From IMG/VR virus record IMGVR_UViG_3300032318_002198: a stretch of DNA of 64,000 nucleotides; one strand, written 5' to 3'. A program made the position numbers and the translations under genes. This DNA is from a virus (lineage: Duplodnaviria; Heunggongvirae; Uroviricota; Caudoviricetes). Of the stretch, positions 49,675-60,001 are shown one piece after another (position 1 is the first letter of the stretch; the number at the start of each line of letters is the position of its first letter). Below the pieces are notes generated by a model. It was not told the origin of the DNA and made no database searches. It was given only the letters and a program-made list of their open reading frames with translations.

Positions 49675-50433
49675 ATGAATGAAAACGAATCAGAACGCCA
49701 AAAAGTAATCGAATATTGTCAACTTATGTTAGGCAGTGGTATTGTGGACGTGGAGTTAGATCCTGTACATTATAATATTGCGATAGATCGTGCCTTAAGT
49801 AAGTTCAGACAGCGTAGCAGCAATGCTATCGAAGAAAGTTATGCGTTTTTAACATTACAAGTTGATGTAAATGAGTATATTCTTCCAAAAGAAGTAATGC
49901 AAGTTCGTCAACTTTTTCGTCGTTCTATAGGTAGTCGTAGTGGCGGTGGTGATGGCGGGACATTATTTGAGCCATTCAATTTAGCATATTCAAATACGTA
50001 TCTATTAAGTAGTACACATATGGGCGGTTTAGCCACATATTATGCTTTTGCAAGTTATCAAAAAATGGTCGGTAAAATGTTTGGTAGTGATATTAATTTT
50101 ACATTTAATAAAACAACCAAGGTACTAACGTTAATGCAACGTCCTAGAGCTGAAGAAGAATTACTATTGTGGCAGTATAATTATCGTCCGGATTTTAATC
50201 TGTTGCAAGATCCATATGCAGGACACTGGTTAAAGGATTATAGCCTAGCCACTTCAAAAATTATTTTAGGCGAAGGACGAGAAAAATTCGCTCAAATCGC
50301 CAGCCCGCAAGGTGGAACGTCGTTAAACGGACAGGCTTTGAAGGCCGAAGGTAAAGCCGAAATTGAAGTTTTAGAATTAGATCTGATCAATTACAAGGCC
50401 GGCGACTCGCCGCTCACTTGGATCACCGGATAA
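49675..50433 (+). CDS. Neck protein, T4 gp13-like
   Basis: LGSGIVDVEL, WLKDYSLA...LGEGREKF, PQGGTSLNG. Confidence 0.85.
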   Translation: MNENESERQKVIEYCQLMLGSGIVDVELDPVHYNIAIDRALSKFRQRSSNAIEESYAFLTLQVDVNEYILPKEVMQVRQLFRRSIGSRSGGGDGGTLFEPFNLAYSNTYLLSSTHMGGLATYYAFASYQKMVGKMFGSDINFTFNKTTKVLTLMQRPRAEEELLLWQYNYRPDFNLLQDPYAGHWLKDYSLATSKIILGEGREKFAQIASPQGGTSLNGQALKAEGKAEIEVLELDLINYKAGDSPLTWITG

Positions 50434-50523
50434 TTTGTCAAAATAGCCCACATCCTTTTAAAATCATTGACTTTGTAACAATATAGTAATAAATTATACT
50501 ATATTCTTAACGGGGAAATATTT

Positions 50524-51162
50524 ATGATAGTAGGATTTACGGGCTTTATCTCGAGCGGCAAAGACACAGCAGCAGATTATCTTTGTAACATGCATGGTTT
50601 TAGACGAGATAGTTTTGCAAATTCTTTAAAAGATGCTGTAGCAAATGTATTCGGATGGGATAGAATCTTATTGGAAGGAAGAACCAAAGAAGCTCGTGAA
50701 TGGCGAGAACAAAAAGATGAATGGTGGTCTGAAAGATTAGGCAAAGATATAACACCCCGTTGGATTTTACAATATTGGGGAACAGAAGTATGCAGGCAAG
50801 GGTTTCACGACGATATCTGGATAGCCAGTTTAGAACACAGATTATTAAAAACCAAGGATGATGTTGTAATCAGTGATGTTCGTTTTCCAAATGAACTATT
50901 AGCAATCAAAAGAGCTGGCGGAAAAGTTATAAGAATAGTACGCGGTGAAGATCCTGAATGGTATGAAGATGCTAAATTAGCCAATGCAGGAGATCATGTT
51001 GTTGGATCGGCATTGGCTCGTGCTAGAATGAGAAATAGAGGTATCCACAGTTCTGAGTGGGCCTGGATAGGCAATCACATCGATTTTGAAATCGATAATA
51101 ACAACTCCATGGATAACCTCTTTAATCAACTTAAAAATAAAGTTTTAATTGGCAACCGTTGA
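50524..51162 (+). CDS. Deoxynucleoside monophosphate kinase, T4 gp1-like
   Basis: GFISSGKDT, FANSLKD, PRWILQYWGTE, ISDVRFPNE, HSSE. Confidence 0.9.
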   Translation: MIVGFTGFISSGKDTAADYLCNMHGFRRDSFANSLKDAVANVFGWDRILLEGRTKEAREWREQKDEWWSERLGKDITPRWILQYWGTEVCRQGFHDDIWIASLEHRLLKTKDDVVISDVRFPNELLAIKRAGGKVIRIVRGEDPEWYEDAKLANAGDHVVGSALARARMRNRGIHSSEWAWIGNHIDFEIDNNNSMDNLFNQLKNKVLIGNR

Positions 51163-51510
51163 TTTAGATTTTTTAGGATTATCAGGAATCAAGTCTCCTT
51201 GTTTCCATGGTAATTTTAGTCTATGTAAAATTCGTTGACAATTTGCACAAACAGTTTTTAAATTTGAAAACTGACAATTAGATGGATTTCCGTCTACATA
51301 AAAAACATCAAATTGTTCGGCAAATTTTGATGTATACCCACAACGATCACATACACACTTTTTTTTATATCCTGACAGTGCCCATAATGGATTCCCATTG
51401 ATCCTTTTTTTAGAGCAATGATCACATTTTGATCTATAAAATACCTGATCATTCCTGTGATAGTTTACAGCCACTGGCCTTCTCATACATTGTTTACAAA
51501 GATTCCTCAT
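51145..51510 (-). CDS. Zinc-binding HNH-like protein
   Basis: Four CxxC pairs; VDGNPSN...NLKTVCANCQR. Confidence 0.65.
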   Translation of the reverse strand: MRNLCKQCMRRPVAVNYHRNDQVFYRSKCDHCSKKRINGNPLWALSGYKKKCVCDRCGYTSKFAEQFDVFYVDGNPSNCQFSNLKTVCANCQRILHRLKLPWKQGDLIPDNPKKSKSTVAN

Positions 51511-51607
51511 ATACCCGCCCTTTAGTACACCTTTCTGAGTTTTATTTACCTTAAATTTTTTGGATTATTGCTAAATAATTGAAACAATCCATTTAAGGAG
51601 ATAAACA

Positions 51608-54550
51608 ATGGCACTAATGTCACCAGGAATTGAAGTAAATGTAATAGATGAGAGTTTTTATACTCCAGCAGCACCAGGAACAATTCCTTTAATATTTGTC
51701 GCGTCGTCACAAGATAAAACTAATGCATCCGGAACAGGAATTGCACAAGGAACAACAGCAGCAAATGCTGGTAAAGTCTATGTAATCACTAGTCAACGCG
51801 ATTTAACAGATACTTTTGGAACACCTTACTTCTATACAGATGCAAATGGTAATTCTGTTCATGGCAGCGAAATTAATGAATATGGTTTACAAGCAGCATA
51901 CAGTTTACTAGGTGTCAGCAGCAGAGCTTATATAGCAAGGGCAGACATCGACTTAGCACAATTAAATCCTACTACAGATGCGCCCACAGGCGACCCTGTT
52001 AGCGGAACGTATTGGTTTGATACTGATTCTACATTATATGGTATTAACGAATGGAATAGTACTACAGAAAGTTTTACTGTAAAAACACCGTTAATAATCA
52101 ACGACGACAATTACTTAACAGTAAGTTCCGGTGGAACCCCGAATAGCGATTTTGGTGATCAAGGTGACTATGCAATTTACGCTACTGCCAGCGGTTTGGT
52201 AAAATTATGGTATAAAACTACAGCAACAACCAATCCATGGGTAGCAGTATCTCAAGGGTTCAATGGTGGTAAAGAAGTAGCAATTACTCCTCACACTCAA
52301 TATCCGGAATGGACTTCGGCAAATCTTACAGGCAGTGTTTGGATTAAAACAACTACTCCTAGCAAAGGAGCAAACTATTCTGTTAAGTATTATAACGGTA
52401 CTACACAAACATGGTCTACCATTCCCGCACCAATTTATAATAATGCACTAAAATCATTTGATGGTCTTGACCTTGCAGGCGGCGGAAAAAATATTGCTGC
52501 TGGAACCGTATTTGTCGAATCAAGCCCTAGCCAACAAGGCATGGATACAACTGCTGAATTTAGAATAATGAGGCGCAACAGTGTCGGAAATACCGCGGTA
52601 ACCTCCAATGCTAATACAGCTACAAATGTGTCTACTGCAACTTTCTTTATTAGGGAAACTGTTAAGGTCGGATCTACTTGGACATGGTCAAGTACAGTTA
52701 CAGCAACTATTACACCTAGCACAACTACTAGTGTATTGAGCCGTTTACCCGCAGCTATTACTGGCTTAACAAACGTATCTGTTTCTTACGATAATACATC
52801 TAAGAAAATAACATTTACCCATTTGAAGGGCGGCGAAATACAATTTAGTAATGAGTTTACTAATTATGGATTAACAACGGCTAATACTAATGTTTACACT
52901 GTACTCGGTGCCAGTATTTTCACATTAGCTGGTTCAAATTGGAAGCCATTGACATTCGAATCTAAAAACAACGCACCTACTACGGATGCTCCGGATGGAA
53001 CACTGTGGTTCAACAATACTGTCGATGAAGTGGACATTATGATTCATGATGGTACTAAATGGGTAGGATATAAAAACTATGCTGCCACAAATGGTACAAA
53101 CCCAACCGGCCCTATTGTTAGTGCATTGGAACCTACTACACAATCAGACGGTACTACTGCACTTGTCGATGGTGATATTTGGATATCTACTGCCAATATG
53201 GAGAGATATGGCAAAGATATCTATGTTTACGACGGTATTAACAGCGTTTGGGTATTACAAGATGTAACAGATCAAGATAGTCCAGATGGTTGGTTATTTG
53301 CTGACGCACGTTGGGCAACAACCGGAACAACTATTACAAAATCGTCAATTGTTAGCCTGTTAAGCAGCAATTACGTTGATCCGGATTCTCCGGATCCTGC
53401 ACTATATCCAAAAGGTATGCGTTTGTGGAACACTCGTCGAAGTGGTTACAATGTTAAGAAATTTGTCAAAGGACATATTAACATTTACGCCAACAACGGT
53501 AACAATCAACGCTTCCCGTATGGTGCCGGTGAACCAATGGAAAACTATGAGACAGATCGTTGGATTAGCGCAAGTCCTAATAACGAAGACGGTTCAGGTA
53601 CTTTTGGCCGTTGGGCTCAACGAGCAACAGTGGTTAAAGAATTAAAGTCATTAATCGATACAAATGCAGCAGTTAGAGATACTGATACATTACCGTTCAA
53701 CTTAATTTCTTGCCCGGGTTATCCTGAGGCTATACAGAACATGGTTGGATTGAATGTAGACCGTGGTTTAACAGCATTTGTTGTTGGAGATACTCCATTC
53801 AGATTACAGCCTAACGGAACTGTTTTAACAAATTGGGGTAATAATGCAAGTTTAGCATTTGATAATGGTGATGACGGTGCAGTAAGTTACGACGAATATA
53901 TGGCCATGTTCTATCCAAGTGGTTACACTACCGATAATGCAGGCAATAGAATTGTTGTGCCAGCAAGTCACATGATGTTACGCACAATAATCAATAGCGA
54001 TTCTAAGAGTTATCAATGGTTTGCTCCGGCAGGTACACGTCGTGGCGGTGTCGACAATGTTACTTCTGTGGGTTATATTGATGCAGATAGCGGTGAATTC
54101 AAAACTGTCGCATTATATCAAGGTCTACGCGACGTATTAGCAGGAGTAAAAGTTAATCCAATTACAACTTTACCTGGAGTAGGTATTGTTAATTTTGGTC
54201 AATATACTCGTGCAAGAAATGCAAGTGCATTGGATAGAATTAATGTTGCTAGATTGGTTGCATTTATGCGTAGACAGCTTGAAATTCTCGCCAAGCCATA
54301 CCTTTTTGAACCAAACGATGCTCAAACACGTAGAGAAATCAAAGCAGCCGCAGAAAGTTTCTTACTTGAGTTAGCAGGTCAAAGAGCACTTTACGATTTT
54401 ATCATAATTTGCGATGAATCTAATAATACCCCGGCAAGAATTGATCGCAGCGAATTGTACATGGATATTGCGATAGAACCAGTTAAGGCTATAGAATTTA
54501 TCTATATTCCATTGCGTATAAAGAATACTGGTGAAATAGCATCAGGTTAA
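51608..54550 (+). CDS. Tail sheath protein, gp18-like
   Basis: SPGIEVNVIDES, WFAPAGTRRG, VNPI, LDRINVARL, FEPND, CDESNN; TAAATA 51572 and SD AAGGAG. Confidence 0.95.
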   Translation: MALMSPGIEVNVIDESFYTPAAPGTIPLIFVASSQDKTNASGTGIAQGTTAANAGKVYVITSQRDLTDTFGTPYFYTDANGNSVHGSEINEYGLQAAYSLLGVSSRAYIARADIDLAQLNPTTDAPTGDPVSGTYWFDTDSTLYGINEWNSTTESFTVKTPLIINDDNYLTVSSGGTPNSDFGDQGDYAIYATASGLVKLWYKTTATTNPWVAVSQGFNGGKEVAITPHTQYPEWTSANLTGSVWIKTTTPSKGANYSVKYYNGTTQTWSTIPAPIYNNALKSFDGLDLAGGGKNIAAGTVFVESSPSQQGMDTTAEFRIMRRNSVGNTAVTSNANTATNVSTATFFIRETVKVGSTWTWSSTVTATITPSTTTSVLSRLPAAITGLTNVSVSYDNTSKKITFTHLKGGEIQFSNEFTNYGLTTANTNVYTVLGASIFTLAGSNWKPLTFESKNNAPTTDAPDGTLWFNNTVDEVDIMIHDGTKWVGYKNYAATNGTNPTGPIVSALEPTTQSDGTTALVDGDIWISTANMERYGKDIYVYDGINSVWVLQDVTDQDSPDGWLFADARWATTGTTITKSSIVSLLSSNYVDPDSPDPALYPKGMRLWNTRRSGYNVKKFVKGHINIYANNGNNQRFPYGAGEPMENYETDRWISASPNNEDGSGTFGRWAQRATVVKELKSLIDTNAAVRDTDTLPFNLISCPGYPEAIQNMVGLNVDRGLTAFVVGDTPFRLQPNGTVLTNWGNNASLAFDNGDDGAVSYDEYMAMFYPSGYTTDNAGNRIVVPASHMMLRTIINSDSKSYQWFAPAGTRRGGVDNVTSVGYIDADSGEFKTVALYQGLRDVLAGVKVNPITTLPGVGIVNFGQYTRARNASALDRINVARLVAFMRRQLEILAKPYLFEPNDAQTRREIKAAAESFLLELAGQRALYDFIIICDESNNTPARIDRSELYMDIAIEPVKAIEFIYIPLRIKNTGEIASG

Positions 54551-54568
54551 TATAGGTTACACCTAAAT

Positions 54569-54596
54569 AAAAAGTCCGCATTGTGCGGACTTTTTT
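54569..54596 (+). terminator. Intrinsic terminator after sheath
   Basis: AAAAGTCCGCA-TTG-TGCGGACTTTTTT. Confidence 0.85.
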
Positions 54597-54646
54597 GTGA
54601 CTAATTATAAATAATTGCGTAATAACATTTATTGGGATCAATTTCT

Positions 54647-56191
54647 ATGTCTATAATTTGTAAAATTTGTAATAACGAGTTTAAAAAAATTATTCCTTGG
54701 CAACATTTAAAAACACATAACATCTCTTCGAGTGAATATCGAGATCAGCATGGGTCGTTGTATAGTCAACAAACCTTAGAAAAACACAAAAACAAAGTGC
54801 CTCATAATTTAGGAAAAAAAGTAACTGATCCTGAGCAGTTAAAAAAGATAAGAGAATCAATTGCTCGTCGAGAAGAGAAATTTCACCGCGGTGAAATTTC
54901 TAGAGGAGCCAAAAAGACTCAAGAGCAGAAAGCTCTATTGAGTTTAAAAACTAAAGAATATGCTGCTCAGCATACCGATGAACTTAAACTACGAGCACTC
55001 AAAGCCACACTAACCAAAATTAATAATGGATTTGATTTTGGCTCTCCTATGCGAGGGAAAAAACATTCAGAGGATACTAAACAAAAACTCAAAATACATA
55101 GAGAACTTGCAAATAAAAAGAAATCAGAGAAGTCGTATTCTCGTATTTTCGAACTACTTGACCAATATCGATTAACATTAAAGAACTCATTAACAGAAAA
55201 TATATTAAATCTTCAATGTAATCAATGTTCTACGCAATTTTCTTTCGGTAAGCAATATTTTACACCAAGCAAGACATTTAGCCAACTTTGTCCCGGGTGT
55301 TTTCCCCGAGAGCAAATTAGAAAAAGCAAAGGAGAACTAGAACTTTTTGATTTTATTGTTTCTATTTGTCCCGACGCCGTATCTGGTCATCGATCTCATT
55401 ACCACGACAAGGAAATAGATGTGTATATTCCTTCAAAAAAAATAGGGTTCGAATATAATGGTTTATATTGGCATTCTGAATCTGTTTTGGTTTCTAATAA
55501 TAAAGACCCAAAATCTGATTTTAAAAAATATCTTTATTTCAAACAAGATCAAATAAGAGTATTTGGAATTTTTAGCGACGAATGGGAGACTCACCCCGAT
55601 ATTGTTAAAAGTAGGATTAAAAATATTCTAGGAGTTACTCCACATAAAATATTTGCACGAAAATGTACAATCAAAGAAGTTAGTGTAAAAGATGCAGCGC
55701 AATTTTGTCATGATAACCATATAATGGGTCGAGGTCGTAGCAACATCAGGCTAGGATTATATTACGATAACTTATTGGTATCATTAATGACATTTGTTAA
55801 TACAAATTTATCTAGAAAATCTAAAGTTTGGGAAATTAATAGATTTGTATCGTCGAGGGACACTGTAGTAGTCGGGGGTGCAAATAAATTATTTAAAGAA
55901 TTTTTAAAAATAAAAAACCCTCAAACGGTAATATCATATGCAGACTCGCGTTGGTCCGACGGAAAGTTATATCAGGTATTAGGATTTGAAAAAACGTCAG
56001 ACGGAACACCAAACTATTGGTATTTTTTGCCTAATGCAAAATCAAGAATTCACAGGTTCACGCTGAGAAAAAACTCATCAGACAATCCGATGCTAACCGA
56101 ATACGAAAATCGAACAGCACAGGGATATCTAAGAATATGGGATTACGGCAGCAGCAAATGGGAGTGGAATAATCAATCGAATAGGCCTTAA
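54647..56191 (+). mobile_element. Hef-like free-standing homing endonuclease (PD-(D/E)xK) with zinc fingers and C-terminal GNAT-like domain
   Basis: CKIC...HLKTH, EIDVYIP...GFEYNGLYWHSE, ARKC, VVGGANKL, SYADSRWS, RIWDYG; own TATAAATA at 54606-54613; between sheath and tube. Confidence 0.75.
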
Positions 56192-56239
56192 TTTTTCGAC
56201 GTCCAAATGATAAATAATTACAAACAAAGGAGCACTTAG

Positions 56240-56875
56240 ATGCCTATCGCAAGTTTAAATAGATTTACTGTACCCTTATCAACAGATCAAAGTTCTGCTG
56301 TTCAAGGCCTATTAATGCCGAAACTGAAATATCGTTTCCGAGTAACATTAGATAGCTTTGGTGTTGCTGGAACTCCAAGTACAGAATTAACAAAACAAGT
56401 AATGAACGTAACTCGTCCGGATGTTACTTTTGCTGACATAACACTTAACGTGTATAATAGCACGGTTAAATTGGCAGGAAAACCAACATTTGCAAATGCA
56501 ACATTAACACTTCGTGATGATGTTACTGGTGCAACTACTCGTAAAGTTGGCGAACAATTGCAGAAACAATTTGATTTCTTTGAACAAAGTAGTGCTGCTA
56601 GCGGTATTGACTATAAGTTTAGAATGCGTGTTGAAATTCTTGACGGCGGCAATGGTGCATATGAGCCAACAAGTTTAGAAAGCTTCGAATACCTTGGATG
56701 CTATTTGCAAAACGTCAAATATCAAGGTGGCGATTACACCAGTAATGATCCAATGGATATTGCATTGACAATTTCTTACGATAATGCAATACAATTGAAC
56801 CGTCCGGGCGGCGAACGTGCTGGATTAGGTGTCGAAGTAGGACGTACAATACGTACCTTGGCACTTGGTGGTTAA
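56240..56875 (+). CDS. Tail tube protein, gp19-like
   Basis: PKLKYRFRV, LAGKPTF, LTISYDNA; TAAATA 56211 and SD AAGGAG. Confidence 0.88.
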   Translation: MPIASLNRFTVPLSTDQSSAVQGLLMPKLKYRFRVTLDSFGVAGTPSTELTKQVMNVTRPDVTFADITLNVYNSTVKLAGKPTFANATLTLRDDVTGATTRKVGEQLQKQFDFFEQSSAASGIDYKFRMRVEILDGGNGAYEPTSLESFEYLGCYLQNVKYQGGDYTSNDPMDIALTISYDNAIQLNRPGGERAGLGVEVGRTIRTLALGG

Positions 56876-56891
56876 TCGATAATCACTCCAG

Positions 56892-56916
56892 AAACCCGGT
56901 ATCTACCGGGTTTTTT
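56892..56916 (+). terminator. Intrinsic terminator after tube
   Basis: AAACCCGGTA-TC-TACCGGGTTTTTT. Confidence 0.8.
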
Positions 56917-56935
56917 ATTGGCTAAATAATACACT

Positions 56936-58078
56936 ATGAGCAATGCATTTACAAATTTCTTAGGTAGTGTGGCATCGGGTATTTTTGATACTTCTGCTGA
57001 TTTGAAAACATATCAACATGCAGATAGATTATATGTCAAAGATACATATGCACGTTCTCCTAAACTAGGCTTTTTATATTATGTCATTTTTGACATTAAT
57101 CGAGCTGCATTGAAAGATGCTAAATGGATTGATAGAAGTAAAAATGCTGTCGGTGTATTAGTTAAAACCATAGATCTCCCAAAGTTTCAAATTGCTGTCG
57201 AAGAAGTAAATCAATATAATCGCAAAACATTAATACAAACTAAAATTAAATATCAACCGATAAACATAACATTTCATGATGATAACAGTAACATCATAAC
57301 TGACTTGTGGAAAAATTATTATCAATATTATTTTGCAGATAGTAATTATGGTTCAACAAATAGAACAAATATAGAATCTTACCGAGATACAAAATATAAC
57401 GAAACTAGTTATACATATGGTCTAGCTAACTTTCAAAAAGATCCATTTTTTAATAAAATAGAAATATATGTTTTTCACCAACAGAAATATTCACAATATA
57501 GTTTAATAAATCCATTAGTATCGGATTGGTCTCATGATTCGTTGGAACAAGATCAAGGATCAAAAACTTTAACAAATAGAATGACAGTAAATTACGAAAA
57601 TGTAATTTACAATACTGATCCTGCTAATCGTGTTACAAAAAATAAGCCCGAAGGATTCAATCAATATTATGATAAAACACCTAGTCCGTTAAGCGTAGGC
57701 GGGAATGGTACCAACACAATATTTGGTCCTGGTGGTGTTATAGCCGGTTCCGACGGTGTTTTGGGTTCGGTAATGAACGCAAAAAGCCCATTGGATTTCT
57801 TAGGAGCAGGAATACAAGTAGTTCAATTAGGAAAAAATGTAAAATCTCTAAGTAAAGCAGGATTAAAATCTGAAGGATATAGTATCCTCGGAGGAGTATT
57901 AGGAAATATACAAACTACAGGAAATCAACCCGGGGGTGTTACTGATAGTATACGAGGATCTATTAACAACGGAAATTTTGGTGCATTGGGACAAACTGGT
58001 GTAGGGTTATTTAAAAATGCAACAGTCGATAGTACCACAACGGGTAATCTTAAAAAATTAACAAATAGAGGCGGCTAA
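56936..58078 (+). CDS. Tube-fold protein (gp19/gp54-like)
   Basis: VKTIDLPKF, NQYNRK, YQPINITFHDD, MTVNYE. Confidence 0.7.
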   Translation: MSNAFTNFLGSVASGIFDTSADLKTYQHADRLYVKDTYARSPKLGFLYYVIFDINRAALKDAKWIDRSKNAVGVLVKTIDLPKFQIAVEEVNQYNRKTLIQTKIKYQPINITFHDDNSNIITDLWKNYYQYYFADSNYGSTNRTNIESYRDTKYNETSYTYGLANFQKDPFFNKIEIYVFHQQKYSQYSLINPLVSDWSHDSLEQDQGSKTLTNRMTVNYENVIYNTDPANRVTKNKPEGFNQYYDKTPSPLSVGGNGTNTIFGPGGVIAGSDGVLGSVMNAKSPLDFLGAGIQVVQLGKNVKSLSKAGLKSEGYSILGGVLGNIQTTGNQPGGVTDSIRGSINNGNFGALGQTGVGLFKNATVDSTTTGNLKKLTNRGG

Positions 58079-58461
58079 TGGCAAAAGCAATATATAGTAA
58101 CTTACCTTCAACTACATCTAAAAAAAGCAGTAGTGATTTAACTGTTACTGCATTCGATACGTATTACTCAAAGCCATTAGAAATTAGTTCCGATGTTTTA
58201 AATGCTATAAGTGGGTATTTTCAAAACAAAGGTTTTAGCGAAGTTGCAGCAGAAAATGTTGCAATAGTTATTATTTCTCAGGCTAAAAAAGACAATTATA
58301 ATCCTATGCAAATATTAGATACATTAAAAGGATTAGATAGTGTTGAGATCAGTGCATTGGTTTCTGAAATATTAAATTACAATAGACTAAAAACTAGTTT
58401 TTTAGGGTATGCATTAAGTCCGGTTGCATTTGATGAAGTAGTAAGAAACATACAAGCATGA
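58078..58461 (+). CDS. Hypothetical virion-region protein
   Basis: Translationally coupled ORF, 127 aa. Confidence 0.65.
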   Translation: MAKAIYSNLPSTTSKKSSSDLTVTAFDTYYSKPLEISSDVLNAISGYFQNKGFSEVAAENVAIVIISQAKKDNYNPMQILDTLKGLDSVEISALVSEILNYNRLKTSFLGYALSPVAFDEVVRNIQA

Positions 58462-58904
58462 GTTTACAGTTCAGTAAAGGCGCATTCAAACTCAAACACC
58501 CGGAAAAATATGTGGGCAATAGACTTCCTATATATAGAAGTAGTTGGGAGTTTTCGGTAATGACAATGTGCGACAATAATCCTGCTATTCAACAATGGAG
58601 CAGCGAGCCTGTAAAGATCCCATATAGAGATCCGTTAACTGGAAAAAATACAGTATATGTTCCTGATTTTTTGGTTGTATATGTTGATAAAAATTTAAAA
58701 AAACATGCAGAACTGTGGGAAGTTAAACCAGCAAAACAAACATTTAGAGAACAAGTAGGAAAAAATCCCTACGATCAAGCACAATTCATTAAAAATCAAG
58801 TTAAGTGGGAAGCCGCTAGTAGATGGGCTAAAAATCATAATGTTCATTTTAGAATAATAACCGAAAACGAAATTTATGTTGGTATTAAAAAAAGAAATAA
58901 GTAA
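58458..58904 (+). CDS. Head completion nuclease, T4 gp4/TnsA-like
   Basis: PEKYVG, YRSSWE, WSSEP, YVPDF, EVKP, KWEAA, FRIITE. Confidence 0.9.
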   Translation: MSLQFSKGAFKLKHPEKYVGNRLPIYRSSWEFSVMTMCDNNPAIQQWSSEPVKIPYRDPLTGKNTVYVPDFLVVYVDKNLKKHAELWEVKPAKQTFREQVGKNPYDQAQFIKNQVKWEAASRWAKNHNVHFRIITENEIYVGIKKRNK

Positions 58905-58922
58905 AGATAAAAGGATTACATT

Positions 58923-59405
58923 ATGACTCGCAGACTTGAAGAAATTTTAAATATTGAACCTGCAGATAAAGAACCGATTATTCACCCTGAACCCGAAGAA
59001 GTTACTTCTTCTCAAATAGATTTACAAGACAGACTAGAAGAATTTGATAAAATAGCATCTGCATTGCCAAAAGTGGTAGGATTAGGAGAGTTAGCTGATC
59101 AAGAATTAGATGATTTAGCAAAAAAAGCAGAAGAAGCATATGGCAATTTAATGGATTTAGGTATGAGTGTCGAACCAAGATATGGCACACGTATGTTTGA
59201 GGTGGCAGCACAGATGATGAACGCTGCAATAACAGCTAAATCTCATAAAATTGACAAGAAGTTAAAAATGGTTGACTTGCAACTTAAAAAACTAGCGATA
59301 GAGAAAAAATCATCAACTAAAGAAGAAACTCCTATCGAAGGAGAAGGTTATATTATTACTGATCGTAATAGTATCCTCCAAAAACTTAAGAATTTGAATA
59401 AATAA
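58923..59405 (+). CDS. Probable terminase small subunit (gp16-like)
   Basis: Helical, LMDLG...RMFEVAAQM; upstream of terL. Confidence 0.6.
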   Translation: MTRRLEEILNIEPADKEPIIHPEPEEVTSSQIDLQDRLEEFDKIASALPKVVGLGELADQELDDLAKKAEEAYGNLMDLGMSVEPRYGTRMFEVAAQMMNAAITAKSHKIDKKLKMVDLQLKKLAIEKKSSTKEETPIEGEGYIITDRNSILQKLKNLNK

Positions 59406-59411
59406 TTAACT

Positions 59412-59999
59412 ATGAAAAATTTTAAAGACTATCTAACCGAATCAAAAAAGAATTATGATTTTCGAGTAAAAGTTGCAGGTGAATTTACCACCGAACAAGA
59501 ATCAAAATTAAAAGATCTTTTAAACCGATATACTGTTAGTGAATTCAAAAAGAAAGGTAAAACTCCTATACAAGAGTTACCATTGGATTTCCCTCAGGTA
59601 AAAAACTGTGAAGTGAATATTTTTGAATTTACTGTTGATTATCCAACTACATCATTTGAACTAACAGAATATCTAAGTTCTGGTTTAGGATTACATAAAA
59701 AATATTTGGTTGTACGTCGTCCGGGTGAGCCCGGCGAAGAATATCAACAGCCAGTAGAGGAACGAAAAGGTGCATTATTAACAGATCCTGATTATAAAGA
59801 AGCTCCTAATGCAAAATTTGAAGATTATTACGGCGACAAATACAATAGCGGTTTTGTCAAAGAATTAAACGACCTTCTTAAACTTCAACGTAAAGAACGC
59901 GGCGAAGAAATTCCAGCAACTGAAGCAGTAAAATATAATACTGATTCAGAAGCAGGAAAAACAACTGTGTTAAAAACATCACCCGACCCAAGGAAATAA
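59412..59999 (+). CDS. Hypothetical head protein
   Basis: N-terminal MKNFKDYLTE; TAAATA 7 nt upstream. Confidence 0.6.
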   Translation: MKNFKDYLTESKKNYDFRVKVAGEFTTEQESKLKDLLNRYTVSEFKKKGKTPIQELPLDFPQVKNCEVNIFEFTVDYPTTSFELTEYLSSGLGLHKKYLVVRRPGEPGEEYQQPVEERKGALLTDPDYKEAPNAKFEDYYGDKYNSGFVKELNDLLKLQRKERGEEIPATEAVKYNTDSEAGKTTVLKTSPDPRK

Positions 60000-60001
60000 C
60001 C

